Shown: positions 1 to 18,488 of the stretch, one piece after another
Numbering within the stretch: the first letter of the stretch is position 1
Layout: the number at the start of each line of letters is the position of its first letter
Origin: the human T2T-CHM13v2.0 reference genome, Homo sapiens
Direction: 5' to 3' (one strand)
Assembly (NCBI RefSeq): GCF_009914755.1
Contig: NC_060948.1
DNA: 64,000 nt
Translations under genes and position numbers: made by a program
Notes under the pieces: model-generated
Databases searched by the model: none
What the model saw: the letters and a program-made list of their open reading frames with translations, nothing else
What the model was told of the DNA's origin: nothing

Positions 1-1554
<1,554 letters not shown>

Positions 1555-2125
1555 AGATCCATATTTTTTAAATGAAAAAAAATTTCAAAGGTACTCTGCT
1601 TGGTACAATAATCAAATGTATAAACTGAGGAATAAAACATAACCATGAAACCTACTTATAACTGCATATGGAAAATACAGAGGATAATTTTTTAAATAAC
1701 ATATTTTGAAAGCCTTAACTAGTAATTTGAAGAGTTGGCATTTGAAAGGCCAGTATGAATATACCTTCAAAGCAGCAACACAGGTTCCCCATGAGAAAAA
1801 GCAAACACAGGGAAAATAAAAACACAAAGGTTCAATCTCTTCTGACCTTTGAAAGACACAGCACAGACAGTGGTCCTTAGGACGAAGAGCAGGAGACCCC
1901 TAATTCCGTCACCATGGCGATAGGGCATAAACATTGCTGGGTGAGGGCACAATCCACATTGTGAGGTCCAACTGCTGCCAGGAAGACAGGAGTGCTTTTA
2001 CATAGACCGAAAGGTCATTGAAGGCTCAGAATTTTGTTTCAAGAACTGAATCCCAAGCCCACACGTTATTAGGCTGCGCTTCTTAAAACAAGTTATGAGA
2101 TGGGAAAAAGGGCACCCACAAACAT
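1555..2125. repeat. HSATI-type complex subunit, copy 1 (recurs immediately after every Alu copy)
   Basis: ~570-bp non-simple sequence of moderate GC between the Alu and the AT block, nearly invariant in all 26 copies. The name comes from the known DYZ2 unit organisation; the right boundary is approximate. Confidence 0.75.
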
Positions 2126-3682
2126 ACGTATACATTATGTATATAATAATATACAGTATCATATATATAATATATATAACCTATGTATAATATTGTTTTA
2201 CATCCTGCATCTTATGTTATATATATTGTATAAAATATAATAATTGATAATATATAAGTTTTATAATTATACAATATGACATATAGTATATATTATAATT
2301 TATGACATATATAATATATGTTATATGTCATATATAGAATATATTATACGGTTAATATACGTATTAAATATAAATTATACATTATATATATTATATATAA
2401 TATATCTGTTATATATAATACCCATTATGCATAATATATATATTATGTCTATGTTATATATAGTATAAAACAACATATAATAATATATAATTGTATATAT
2501 AAAATGCGACATATAATATATATTATATTTTATAACATATGTAATATATATTATATATTATATATAATACGTTGTATGTATAATACCTATATTAAATATA
2601 TATTATATGACTATGTTATTAATTACATGTCACATGTGTTATATATTATATATTTTACATAGAATATGCCGGTTACATACAATATATACTATGTTACCTA
2701 TAATGTATAATTTATTACATGTAAAATAAAGAATGCAACATATTATGTATAATTTATAATATACAATATGTGGAATGTGATATATATAACATATAATATA
2801 TGATATATGATATACAGTATATGATATATAACATACAATATATGATTCCTAACATATATGGTATAGAATATATATTTTATGATATGTATTCTATATGTTT
2901 TATATTCTGTTATATATAACTATTTGAAATTATATATAACTGTATAATATTTTATGTAAATATGTAATATAATATATATAACTATATAATATATTATATA
3001 TAACTATATATTATGTTATATATACTTTTATAACATAATTTACATAAAATATCATAATATAATATATATTATATTATTTCATATTACATAATATATATTA
3101 CATATCACCCAATATAACTAACATACATAATATTATAATATAGATTATATTATGTTATATTAAATATCATATATATCATGTATCATATATTCTATAATAT
3201 ATATTACACATTATATAATATGTATGTTGTCTATTATGTGGTATATATAACTATATATATAATTATATTTTTATACATATAACTAGATAAACATGTAATT
3301 CTACATATTTTCATTTATAATATGTATAATTATATAATCATATATAATTATTTATATTCTATAAAAAATTTTATCATTATATAAATTATAATATATAAAA
3401 ATTATAATATGTACTACAAATATATATATTATATATCATATATGATATAGTACTATTGTTATATTTCATAATACATATAAATGTGTATTATGTTATCTAT
3501 AATTATATAATTTCATATATAACATGTATAATATGTATCATAAATTATATATGTTATGTAATATATATAGTATATATAAGATGACACAGGATAAATATTA
3601 TATACTATGACATATAAAATATATGAGGTTATATGTTACATATAAGGCATAGCACATAACATGTAATATATATCATATATAA
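2126..3682. repeat. AT-rich degenerate simple-repeat subunit, first complete copy (~1.55 kb; recurs in every unit)
   Basis: Low-complexity TA-rich sequence copied faithfully between units. One CCGG site per unit (e.g. 249-252, 2669-2672). Confidence 0.9.
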
Positions 3683-3974
3683 TTTTTTTTTAGACAGAAT
3701 CTTGTCCTGTTGCACAGGGTGGGGTACAATGGCGCCATCTTTGCTGACTGCAAATTCTGCCTCACGGGTCCAAGCGATTGTCCTCCCTCAGCCTCCCAGG
3801 TAGCTGGGACTACACCACACTGGGACTACACCAGCTGCCACCATGCCTAGCTAATTTTTTGGATTTTTAGTAGTGACAGCGTTTCACTGTATTGGCCAGG
3901 ATGGTCTTGATCTCTTCACCTTGTGATCCCCTTGCCTTGGCCTCCAAATTTGCTGGGATTACAGGCCTGAGCCA
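3683..3974 (-). mobile_element. Alu copy 2
   Basis: As copy 1; variant GCTGACTGCAAATT. Confidence 0.95.
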
Positions 3975-6079
3975 AGATCCATATTTTTTAAATGAAAAAA
4001 AATTTCAAAGGTACTCTGCTTGGTACAATAATCAAATGTATAAACTGAGGAATAAAACATAACCATGAAACCTACTTATAACTGCATATGGAAAATACAG
4101 AGGATAATTTTTTAAATAACATATTTTGAAAGCCTTAACTAGTAATTTGAAGAGTTGGCATTTGAAAGGCCAGTATGAATATACCTTCAAAGCAGCAACA
4201 CAGGTTCCCCATGAGAAAAAGCAAACACAGGGAAAATAAAAACACAAAGGTTCAATCTCTTCTGACCTTTGAAAGACACAGCACAGACAGTGGTCCTTAG
4301 GACGAAGAGCAGGAGACCCCTAATTCCGTCACCATGGCGATAGGGCATAAACATTGCTGGGTGAGGGCACAATCCACATTGTGAGGTCCAACTGCTGCCA
4401 GGAAGACAGGAGTGCTTTTACATAGACCGAAAGGTCATTGAAGGCTCAGAGTTTTGTTTCAAGAACTGAATCCCAAGCCCACACGTAATTAGGCTGCGCT
4501 TCTTAAAACAAGTTATGAGATGGGAAAAAGGGCACCCACAAACATACGTATACATTATGTATATAATAATATACAGTATCATATATATAATATATATAAC
4601 CTATGTATAATATTGTTTTACATCCTGCATCTTATGTTATATATATTGTATAAAATATAATAATTGATAATATATAAGTTTTATAATTATACAATATGAC
4701 ATATAGTACATATTATAATTTATGACATATATAATATATGTTATATGTCATATATAGAATATATTATACGGTTAATATACGTATTAAATATAAATTATAC
4801 ATTATATATATTATATATAATATATCTGTTATATATAATACCCATTATGCATAATATATATATTATGTCTATGTTATATATAGTATAAAACAACATATAA
4901 TAATATATAATTGTATATATAAAATGCGACATATAATATATATTATATTTTATTACATATGTAATATATATTATATATTATATATAATACGTTGTATGTA
5001 TAATACCTATATTAAATATATATTATATGACTATGTTATTAATTACATGTCACATGTGTTATATATTATATATTTTACATAGACTATACCGGTTACATAC
5101 AATATATACTATGTTACCTATAATGTATAATTTATTACATGTAAAATAAAGAATGCAATATATTATGTAAAATTTATAATATACCATATGTGGAATGTGA
5201 TATATATAACATATAATATATGATATATGATGTACAGTATATGATATATAACATACAATATATGATTCCTAATATATATGGTATACAATATATATTTTAT
5301 GTTATGTATTCTATATGTTTTATATTCTGTTATATATAACTATTTGAAATTATATATAACTGTATAATATTTTATGTAAATATGTAATATAATATATATA
5401 ACTATATAATATATTATATGTAACTATATATTATGTTATATATACTTTTATAACATAATTTACATAAAATATCATAATATAATATATATTATATTATTTC
5501 ATATTACATAATATATATTACATATCACCCAATATAACTAACATACATAATATTATAATATAGATTATATTATGTTATATTAAATATCATATATATCATG
5601 TATCATATATTCTATAATATATATTACACATTATATAATATGTATGTTGTCTATTATGTGATATATATAACTATATATATAATTATATTTTTATACATAT
5701 AACTAGATAAACATGTAATTCTACATATTTTCATTTATAATATGTAGAATTATATAATCATATATAATTATTTATATTCTATAAAAAATTTTATCATTAT
5801 ATAAATTATAATATATAAAAATTATAATATGTACTACAAATATATATATTATATATCATATATGATATAGTACCTTTGTTATATATCATAATACATATAA
5901 ATGTGTATTATCTTATCTATAATTTTATAATTTCATATATAAGATGTATAATATGTATCATATATTATATATGTTATGTAATATATATAGTATATATAAG
6001 ATGACACAGGATAAATATTATATACTATGACATATAAAATATATGAGGTTATATGTTACATATAAGGCATAGCACATAA

Positions 6080-6394
<315 letters not shown>

Positions 6395-8497
6395 AGATCC
6401 ATATTTTTTAAATGAAAAAAAATTTCAAAGGTACTCTGCTTGGTACAATAATCAAATGTATAAACTGAGGAATAAAACATAACCATGAAACCTACTTATA
6501 ACTGCATATGGAAAATACAGAGGATAATTTTTTAAATAACATATTTTGAAAGCCTTAACTAGTAATTTGAAGAGCTGGCATTTGAAAGGCCAGTATGAAT
6601 ATACCTTCAAAGCAGCAACACAGGTTCCCCATGAGAAAAAGCAAACACAGGGAAAATAAAAACACAAAGGTTCAATCTCTTCTGACCTTTGAAAGACACA
6701 GCACAGACAGTGGTCCTTAGGACGAAGAGCAGGAGACCCCTAATTCCGTCACCATGGCGATAGGGCATAAACATTGCTGGGTGAGGGCACAATCCACATT
6801 GTGAGGTCCAACTGCTGCCAGGAAGACAGGAGTGCTTTTACATAGACCGAAAGGTCATTGAAGGCTCAGAGTTTTGTTTCAAGAACTGAATCCCAAGCCC
6901 ACACGTTATTAGGCTGCGCTTCTTAAAACAAGTTATGAGATGGGAAAAAGGGCACCCACAAACATACGTATACATTATGTATATAATAATATACAGTATC
7001 ATATATATACTATATATAACCTATGTATAATATTGTTTTACATCCTGCATCTTGTTATATATATTGTATAAAATATAATAATTGATAATATATAAGTTTT
7101 ATAATTATAAAATATGACATATAGTATATATTATAATTTATGACATATATAATATATGTTATATGTCATATATAGAATATATTAAACGGTTAATATACGT
7201 ATTAAATATAAATTATACATTATATATATTATATATAATATATCTGTTATATATAATACCCATTATGCATAATATATATATTATGTCTATGTTATATATA
7301 GTATAAAACAACATATAATAATATATAATTGTATATATAAAATGCGACATATAATATATATTATATTTTATAACATATGTAATATATATTATATATTATA
7401 TATAATACGTTGTATGTATAATACCTATATTAAATATATATTATATGACTATGTTATTAATTACATGTCACATGTGTTATATATTATATATTTTACATAG
7501 AATATACCGGTTACATACAATATATACTATGTTACCTATAATGTATAATTTATTACATGTAAAATAAAGAATGCAATATATTATGTATAATTTATAATAC
7601 ACCATATGTGGAATGTGATATATATAACATATAATCTATGATATATGATATACAGTATATGATATATAACATACAATATATGATTCCTAATATATATGGT
7701 ATACAATGTATATTTTATGATATGTATTCTATATGTTTTATATTCTGTTATATATAACTATTTGAAATTATATATAACTGTATAATATTTTATGTAAATA
7801 TGTAATATAATATATATAACTATATAATATATTATATATAACTATATATTATGTTATATATATTTTTTATAACATAATTTACATAAAATATCATAATATA
7901 ATATATATTATATTATTTCATATTACATAATATATATTACATATCACCCAATATAACTAACAAACATAATATTATAATATAGATTATATTGTGTTATATT
8001 AAATATCATATATATCATGTATCATATATTCTATAATATATATTACACATTATATAATATGTATGTTGTCTATTATGTGATATATATAACTATATATATA
8101 ATTATATTTTTATACATATAACTAGATAAACATGTAATTCTACATATTTTCATTTATAATATGTAGAATTATATAATCATATATAATTATTTATATTAAT
8201 AAAAAATTTTATCATTATATAAATTATAATATATAAAAATTATAATATGTACTACAAATATATATATTATATATCATATATGATATAGTACCTTTGTTAT
8301 ATTTCATAATACATATAAATGTGTATTATGTTATCTATAATTATATAATTTCATATATAAGATGTATAATATGTATCATATATTATATATGTTATGTAAT
8401 ATATATAGTATATATAAGATGACACAGGATAAATATTATATACTATGACATATAAAATATATGAGGTTATATGTTACATATAAGGCATAGCACATAA

Positions 8498-8812
<315 letters not shown>

Positions 8813-10917
8813 AGATCCATATTTTTTAAATGAAAAAAAATTTCAAAGGTACTCTGCTTGGTACAATAATCAAATGTATAAACTGAGGAATAAAACATAA
8901 CCATGAAACCTACTTATAACTGCATATGGAAAATACAGAGGATAATTTTTTAAATAACATATTTTGAAAGCCTTAACTAGTAATTTGAAGAGTTGGCATT
9001 TGAAAGGCCAGTATGAATATACCTTCAAAGCAGCAACACAGGTTCCCCATGAGAAAAAGCAAACACAGGGAAAATAAAAACACAAAGGTTCAATCTCTTC
9101 TGACCTTTGAAAGACACAGCACAGACAGTGGTCCTTAGGACGAAGAGCAGGAGACCCCTAATTCCGTCACCATGGCGATAGGGCATAAACATTGCTGGGT
9201 GAGGGCACAATCCACATTGTGAGGTCCAACTGCTGCCAGGAAGACAGGAGTGCTTTTACATAGACCGAAAGGTCATTGAAGGCTCAGAGTTTTGTTTCAA
9301 GAACTGAATCCCAAGCCCACACGTAATTAGGCTGCGCTTCTTAAAACAAGTTATGAGATGGGAAAAAGGGCACCCACAAACATACGTATACATTATGTAT
9401 ATAATAATATACAGTATCATATATATAATATATATAACCTATGTATAATATTGTTTTACATCCTGCATCTTATGTTATATATATTGTATAAAATATAATA
9501 ATTGATAATATATAAGTTTTATAATTATACAATATGACATATAGTATATATTATAATTTATGACATATATAATATATGTTATATGTCATATATAGAATAT
9601 ATTATACGGTTAATATACGTATTAAATATAAATTATACATTATATATATTATATATAATATATCTGTTATATATAATACCCATTATGCATAATATATATA
9701 TTATGCCTATGTTATATATAGTATAAAACAACATATAATAATATATAATTGTATATATAAAATGCGACATATAATATATATTATATTTTATATCATATGT
9801 AATATATATTATATATTATATATAATACGTTGTATGTATAATACCTATATTAAATATATATTATGTGACTATGTTATTAATTACATGTCACATGTGTTAT
9901 ATATTATATATTTTACATAGAATATACCGGTTACATACAATATATACTATGTTACCTATAATGTATAATTTATTACATGTAAAATAAAGAATGCAATATA
10001 TTATGTATATTTTATAATATACCATATGTGGAATGTGATATATATAACATATAATATATGATATATGATATACAGTATATGATATATAACATACAATAGA
10101 TGATTCCTAATATATATGGTATACAATATATATTTTATGATATGAATTCTATATGTTTTATATTCTGTTATATATAACTATTTGAAATTATATATAACTG
10201 TATAATATTTTATGTAAATATGTAATATAATATATATAACTATATAATATATTATATATAACTATATATTATGTTATATATACTTTTATAACATAATTTA
10301 CATAAAATATCATAATATAATATATATTATATTATTTCATATTACATAATATATATTACATATCACCCAATATAACTAACATAGATAATATTATAATATA
10401 GATTATATTATGTTATATTAAATATCATATATATCATGTATCATATATTCTATAATATATATAACACATTATATAATATGTATGTTGTCTATTATGTGAT
10501 ATATATAACTATATATATAATTATATTTTTATACATATAACTAGATAAACATGTAATTCTACATATTTTCATTTATAATATGTAGAATTATATAATCATA
10601 TATAATTATTTATATTCTATAAAAAATTTTATCATTATATAAATTATAATATATAAAAATTATAATATGTACTACAAATATATATATTATATATCATATA
10701 TGATATAGTACCTTTGTTATATATCATAATACATATAAATGTGTATTATGTTATCTATAATTATATAATTTCATATATAAGATGTATAATATGTATCATA
10801 TATTATATATGTTATGTAATATATATAGTATATATAAGATGACACAGGATAAATATTATATACTATGACATATAAAATATATGAGGTTATATGTTACATA
10901 TAAGGCATAGCACATAA

Positions 10918-11232
<315 letters not shown>

Positions 11233-13360
11233 AGATCCATATTTTTTAAATGAAAAAAAATTTCGAAGGTACTCTGCTTGGTACAATAATCAAATGTATA
11301 AACTGAGGAATAAAACAAAACCATGAAACCTACTTATAACTGCATATGGAAAATACAGAGGATAATTTTTTAAATAACATATTTTGAAAGCCTTAACTAG
11401 TAATTTGAAGAGCTGGCATTTGAAAGGCCAGTATGAATATACCTTCAAAGCAGCAACACAGGTTCCCCATGAGAAAAAGCAAACACAGGGAAAATAAAAA
11501 CACAAAGGTTCAATCTCTTCTGACCTTTGAAAGACACAGCACAGACAGTGGTCCTTAGGACGAAGAGCAGGAGACCCCTAATTCCGTCACCATGGCGATA
11601 GGGCATAAACATTGCTGGGTGAGGGCACAATCCACATTGTGAGGTCCAACTGCTGCCAGGAAGACAGGAGTGCTTTTACATAGACCGAAAGGTCATTGAA
11701 GGCTCAGAGTTTTGTTTCAAGAACTGAATCCCAAGCCCACGCGTTATTAGGCTGCGCTTCTTAAAACAAGTTATGAGATGGGAAAAAGGGCACCCACAAA
11801 CATACGTATACATTAGGTATATAATAATATACAGTATCATATATATAATATATATAACCTATGTATAATATTGTTTTACATCCTGCATCTTATGTTATAT
11901 ATATTGTATAAAATATAATAATTGATAATATATAAGTTTTATAATTATACAATATGACATATAGTATATATTATAATTTATGACATATATAATATATGTT
12001 ATATGTCATATATAGAATATATTATACGGTTAATATACGTATTAAATATAAATTATACTTTATATATATTTTATATAATATATCTGTTATATATAATGCC
12101 CATTATGCATAATATATATATTATGTCTATGTTATATATAGTATAAAACAACATATAATAATATATAATTTTATATATAAAATGCGACATATAATATATA
12201 TTATATTTTATAACATATGTAATATATATTATATATTATATATAATACGTTGTATGTATAATACCTATATTAAATATATATTATATGACTATGTTATTAA
12301 TTACATGTCACATGTGTTATACATTATATATTTTACATAGAATATACCGGTTACATACAATATATACTATGTTACCTATAATGTATAATTTATTACATGT
12401 AAAATAAAGAATGCAATATATTATGTATAATTTATAATATACCATATGTGGAATGTGATATATATAACATATAGTATATGATATATGATATACAGTATAT
12501 GATATATAACATACAATATATGATTCCTAATATATATGGTATACAATATATATTTTATGATATGTATTCTATATGTTTTATATTCTGTTATATATAACTA
12601 TTTTAAATTATATATAACTGTATAATATTTTATGTAAATATGTAATATAATATATATAACTATATAATATATTATATATAACTATATATTATGTTATATA
12701 TACTTTTATAACATAATTTACATAAAATATCATAATATAATATATATTATATTATTTCATATTACATAATATATATTAGATATCACCCAATATAACTAAC
12801 AAACATAATATTATAATATAGATTATATTGTGTTATATTAAATATCATATATATCATGTATCATATATTCTATAATATATATTACACATTATATAATATG
12901 TATGTTGTCTATTATGTGATATATATAACTATATATATAATTATATTTTTATACATATAACTAGATAAACATGTAATTCTACATATTTTCATTTATAATA
13001 TGTTGAATTATATAATCATATATAATTATTTATATTCTATAAAAAATTTTATCATTATATAAATTATAATATATAAAAATTATAATATGTACTACAAATA
13101 TATATATTATATATCATATATGATATAGTACTATTGTTATATTTCATAATACATATAAATGTGTATTATGTTATCTATAATTATATAATTTCATATATAA
13201 GATGTATAATATGTATCATAAATTATATATGTTATGTAATATATATAGTATATATAAGATGACACAGGATAAATATTATACACTATGACATATAAAATAT
13301 ATGAGTTTATATGTTACATATAAGGCATAGCACATAACATGTATTATATATCATATATAA

Positions 13361-13652
13361 TTTTTTTTTAGACAGAATCTTGTCCTGTTGCACAGTGTGG
13401 GGTACAATGGCGCCATCTTTGCTGACTGCAAATTCTGCCTCACGGGTCCAAGCGATTGTCCTCCCTCAGCCTCCCAGGTAGCTGGGACTAAACCACACTG
13501 GGACTACACCAGCTGCCACCATGCCTAGCTAATTTTTTGGATTTTTAGTAGTGACAGCGTTTCACTGTATTGGCCAGGATGGTCTTGATCTCTTCACCTT
13601 GTGATCCCCTTTCCTTGGCCTCCAAATTTGCTGGGATTACAGGCCTGAGCCA
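13361..13652 (-). mobile_element. Alu copy 6
   Basis: As copy 1; variants CACAGTGTGG, GCTGACTGCAAATT, GGACTAAACC. Confidence 0.95.
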
Positions 13653-15778
13653 AGATCCATATTTTTTAAATGAAAAAAAATTTCAAAGGTACTCTGCTTG
13701 GTACAATAATCAAATGTATAAACTGAGGAATAAAACATAACCATGAAACCTACTTATAACTGCATATGGAAAATACAGAGGATAATTTTTTAAATAACAT
13801 ATTTTGAAAGCCTTAACTAGTAATTTGAAGAGTTGGCATTTGAAAGGCCAGTATGAATATACCTTCAAAGCAGCAACACAGGTTCCCCATGAGAAAAAGC
13901 AAACACAGGGAAAATAAAAACACAAAGGTTCAATCTCTTCTGACCTTTGAAAGACACAGCACAGACAGTGGTCCTTAGGACGAAGAGCAGGAGACCCCTA
14001 ATTCCGTCACCATGGCGATAGGGCATAAACATTGCTGGGTGAGGGCACAATCCACATTGTGAGGTCCAACTGCTGCCAGGAAGACAGGAGTGCTTTTACA
14101 TAGACCGAAAGGTCATTGAAGGCTCAGAGTTTTGTTTCAAGAACTGAATCCCAAGCCCACACGTTATTAGGCTGCGCTTCTTAAAACAAGTTATGAGATG
14201 GGAAAAAGGGCACCCACAAACATACGTATACATTATGTATATAATAATATACAGTAACATATATATACTATATATAACCTATGTATAATATTGTTTTACA
14301 TCCTGCATCTTGTTATATATATTGTATAAAATATAATAATTGATAATATATAAGTTTTATAATTATACAATATGACATATAGTATATATTATAATTTATG
14401 ACATATATAATATATGTTATATGTCATATATAGAATATATTAAACGGTTAATATACGTATTAAATATAAATTATACATTATATATATTATATATAATATA
14501 TCTGTTATATATAATACCCATTATGCATAATATATATATTATGTCTATGTTATATATAGTATAAAACAACATATAATAATATATAATTGTATATATAAAA
14601 TGCGACATATAATATATATTATATTTTATAACATATGTAATATATATTATATATTATATATAATACGTTGTATGTATAATACCTATATTAAATATATATT
14701 ATATGACTATGTTATTAATTACATGTCACATGTGTTATATATTACATATTTTACATAGAATATACCGGTTACATACAATATATACTATGTTACCTATAAC
14801 GTATAATTTATTACATGTAAAATAAAGAATGCAATATATTATGTATAATTTATAATACACCATATGTAGAATGTGATATATATAACATATAATATATGAT
14901 ATATGATATACAGTATATGATATATAACATACAATATATGATTCCTAATATATATGGTATACAATATATATTTTATGATATGTATTCTATATGTTTTATA
15001 TTCTGTTATATATAACTATTTGAAATTATATATAACTGTATAATATTTTATGTAAATATGTAATATAATATATATAACTATATAATATATTATATATAAC
15101 TATATATTATGTTATATATACTTTTATAACATAATTTACATAAAATATCATAATATAATATATATTATATTATTTCATATTACATAATATATATTACATA
15201 TCACCCAATATAACTAACAAACATAATATTATAATATAGATTATATTGTGTTATATTAAATATCATATATATCATGTATCATATATTCTATAATATATAT
15301 TACACATTATATAATATGTATGTTGTCTATTATGTGATATATATAACTATATATATAATTATATTTTTATACATATAACTAGATAAACATGTAATTCTAC
15401 ATATTTTCATTTATAATATGTAGAATTATATAATCATATATAATTATTTATATTCTATAAAAAATTTTATCATTATATAAATTATAATATATAAAAATTA
15501 TAATATGTACTACAAATATATATATTATATATCATATATGATATAGTACTATTGTTATATTTCATAATACATATAAATGTGTATTATGTTATCTATAATT
15601 ATATAATTTCATATATAAGATGTATAATATGTATCATAAATTATATATGTTATGTAATATATATAGTATATATAAGATGACACAGGATAAATATTATATA
15701 CTATGACATATAAAATATATGAGTTTATATGTTACATATAAGGCATAGCACATAACATGTAATATATATCATATATAA

Positions 15779-16070
15779 TTTTTTTTTAGACAGAATCTTG
15801 TCCTGTTGCACAGTGTGGGGTACAATGGCGCCATCTTTGCTGACTGCAAATTCTGCCTCACGGGTCCAAGCGATTGTCCTCCCTCAGCCTCCCAGGTAGC
15901 TGGGACTAAACCACACTGGGACTACACCAGCTGCCACCATGCCTAGCTAATTTTTTGGATTTTTAGTAGTGACAGCGTTTCACTGTATTGGCCAGGATGG
16001 TCTTGATCTCTTCACCTTGTGATCCCCTTGCCTTGGCCTCCAAATTTGCTGGGATTACAGGCCTGAGCCA
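15779..16070 (-). mobile_element. Alu copy 7
   Basis: Same variant set as copy 6. Confidence 0.95.
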
Positions 16071-18196
16071 AGATCCATATTTTTTAAATGAAAAAAAATT
16101 TCAAAGGTACTCTGCTTGGTACAATAATCAAATGTATAAACTGAGGAATAAAACATAACCATGAAACCTACTTATAACTGCATATGGAAAATACAGAGGA
16201 TAATTTTTTAAATAACATATTTTGAAAGCCTTAACTAGTAATTTGAAGAGTTGGCATTTGAAAGGCCAGTATGAATATACCTTCAAAGCAGCAACACAGG
16301 TTCCCCATGAGAAAAAGCAAACACAGGGAAAATAAAAACACAAAGGTTCAATCTCTTCTGACCTTTGAAAGACACAGCACAGACAGTGGTCCTTAGGACG
16401 AAGAGCAGGAGACCCCTAATTCCGTCACCATGGCGATAGGGCATAAACATTGCTGGGTGAGGGCACAATCCACATTGTGAGGTCCAACTGCTGCCAGGAA
16501 GACAGGAGTGCTTTTACATAGACCGAAAGGTCATTGAAGGCTCAGAGTTTTGTTTCAAGAACTGAATCCCAAGCCCACACGTTATTAGGCTGCGCTTCTT
16601 AAAACAAGTTATGAGATGGGAAAAAGGGCACCCACAAACATACGTATACATTATGTATATAATAATATACAGTAACATATATATACTATATATAACCTAT
16701 GTATAATATTGTTTTACATCCTGCATCTTGTTATATATATTGTATAAAATATAATAATTGATAATATATAAGTTTTATAATTATACAATATGACATATAG
16801 TATATATTATAATTTATGACATATATAATATATGTTATATGTCATATATAGAATATATTAAACGGTTAATATACGTATTAAATATAAATTATACATTATA
16901 TATATTATATATAATATATCTGTTATATATAATACCCATTATGCATAATATATATATTATGTCTATGTTATATATAGTATAAAACAACATATAATAATAT
17001 ATAATTGTATATATAAAATGCGACATATAATATATATTATATTTTATAACATATGTAATATATATTATATATTATATATAATACGTTGTATGTATAATAC
17101 CTATATTAAATATATATTATATGACTATGTTATTAATTACATGTCACATGTGTTATATATTATATATTTTACATAGAATATACCGGTTACATACAATATA
17201 TACTATGTTACCTATAACGTATAATTTATTACATGTAAAATAAAGAATGCAATATATTATGTATAATTTATAATACACCATATGTGGAATGTGATATATA
17301 TAACATATAATATATGATATATGATATACAGTATATGATATATAACATACAATATATGATTCCTAATATATATGGTATACAATATATATTTTATGATATG
17401 TATTCTATATGTTTTATATTCTGTTATATATAACTATTTGAAATTATATATAACTGTATAATATTTTATGTAAATATGTAATATAATATATATAACTATA
17501 TAATATATTATATATAACTATATATTATGTTATATATACTTTTATAACATAATTTACATAAAATATCATAATATAATATATATTATATTATTTCATATTA
17601 CATAATATATATTACATATCACCCAATATAACTAACAAACATAATATTATAATATAGATTATATTGTGTTATATTAAATATCATATATATCATGTATCAT
17701 ATATTCTATAATATATATTACACATTATATAATATGTATGTTGTCTATTATGTGATATATATAACTATATATATAATTATATTTTTATACATATAACTAG
17801 ATAAACATGTAATTCTACATATTTTCATTTATAATATGTAGAATTATATAATCATATATAATTATTTATATTCTATAAAAAATTTTATCATTATATAAAT
17901 TATAATATATAAAAATTATAATATGTACTACAAATATATATATTATATATCATATATGATATAGTACTATTGTTATATTTCATAATACATATAAATGTGT
18001 ATTATGTTATCTATAATTATATAATTTCATATATAAGATGTATAATATGTATCATAAATTATATATGTTATGTAATATATATAGTATATATAAGATGACA
18101 CAGGATAAATATTATATACTATGACATATAAAATATATGAGTTTATATGTTACATATAAGGCATAGCACATAACATGTATTATATATCATATATAA

Positions 18197-18488
18197 TTTT
18201 TTTTTAGACAGAATCTTGTCCTGTTGCACAGTGTGGGGTACAATGGCGCCATCTTTGCTGACTGCAAATTCTGCCTCATGGGTCCAAGCGATTGTCCTCC
18301 CTCAGCCTCCCAGGTAGCTGGGACTAAACCACACTGGGACTACACCAGCTGCCACCATGCCTAGCTAATTTTTTGGATTTTTAGTAGTGACAGCGTTTCA
18401 CTGTATTGGCCAGGATGGTCTTGATCTCTTCACCTTGTGATCCCCTTGCCTTGGCCTCCAAATTTGCTGGGATTACAGGCCTGAGCCA
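18197..18488 (-). mobile_element. Alu copy 8
   Basis: Same variant set as copy 6. Confidence 0.95.

Noticed and set aside
1612-1952. Overlapping 71-aa and 61-aa minus-strand ORFs repeated in almost every unit
   Set aside because: They are short, have non-ATG starts and no recognisable domain. Their conservation only reflects satellite homogeneity, variants are freely non-synonymous, and each is missing from the ORF track in one unit.
2126-3682. Numerous TATA boxes, AATAAA signals and short palindromes
   Set aside because: Expected by chance in extremely AT-rich sequence; no associated gene.
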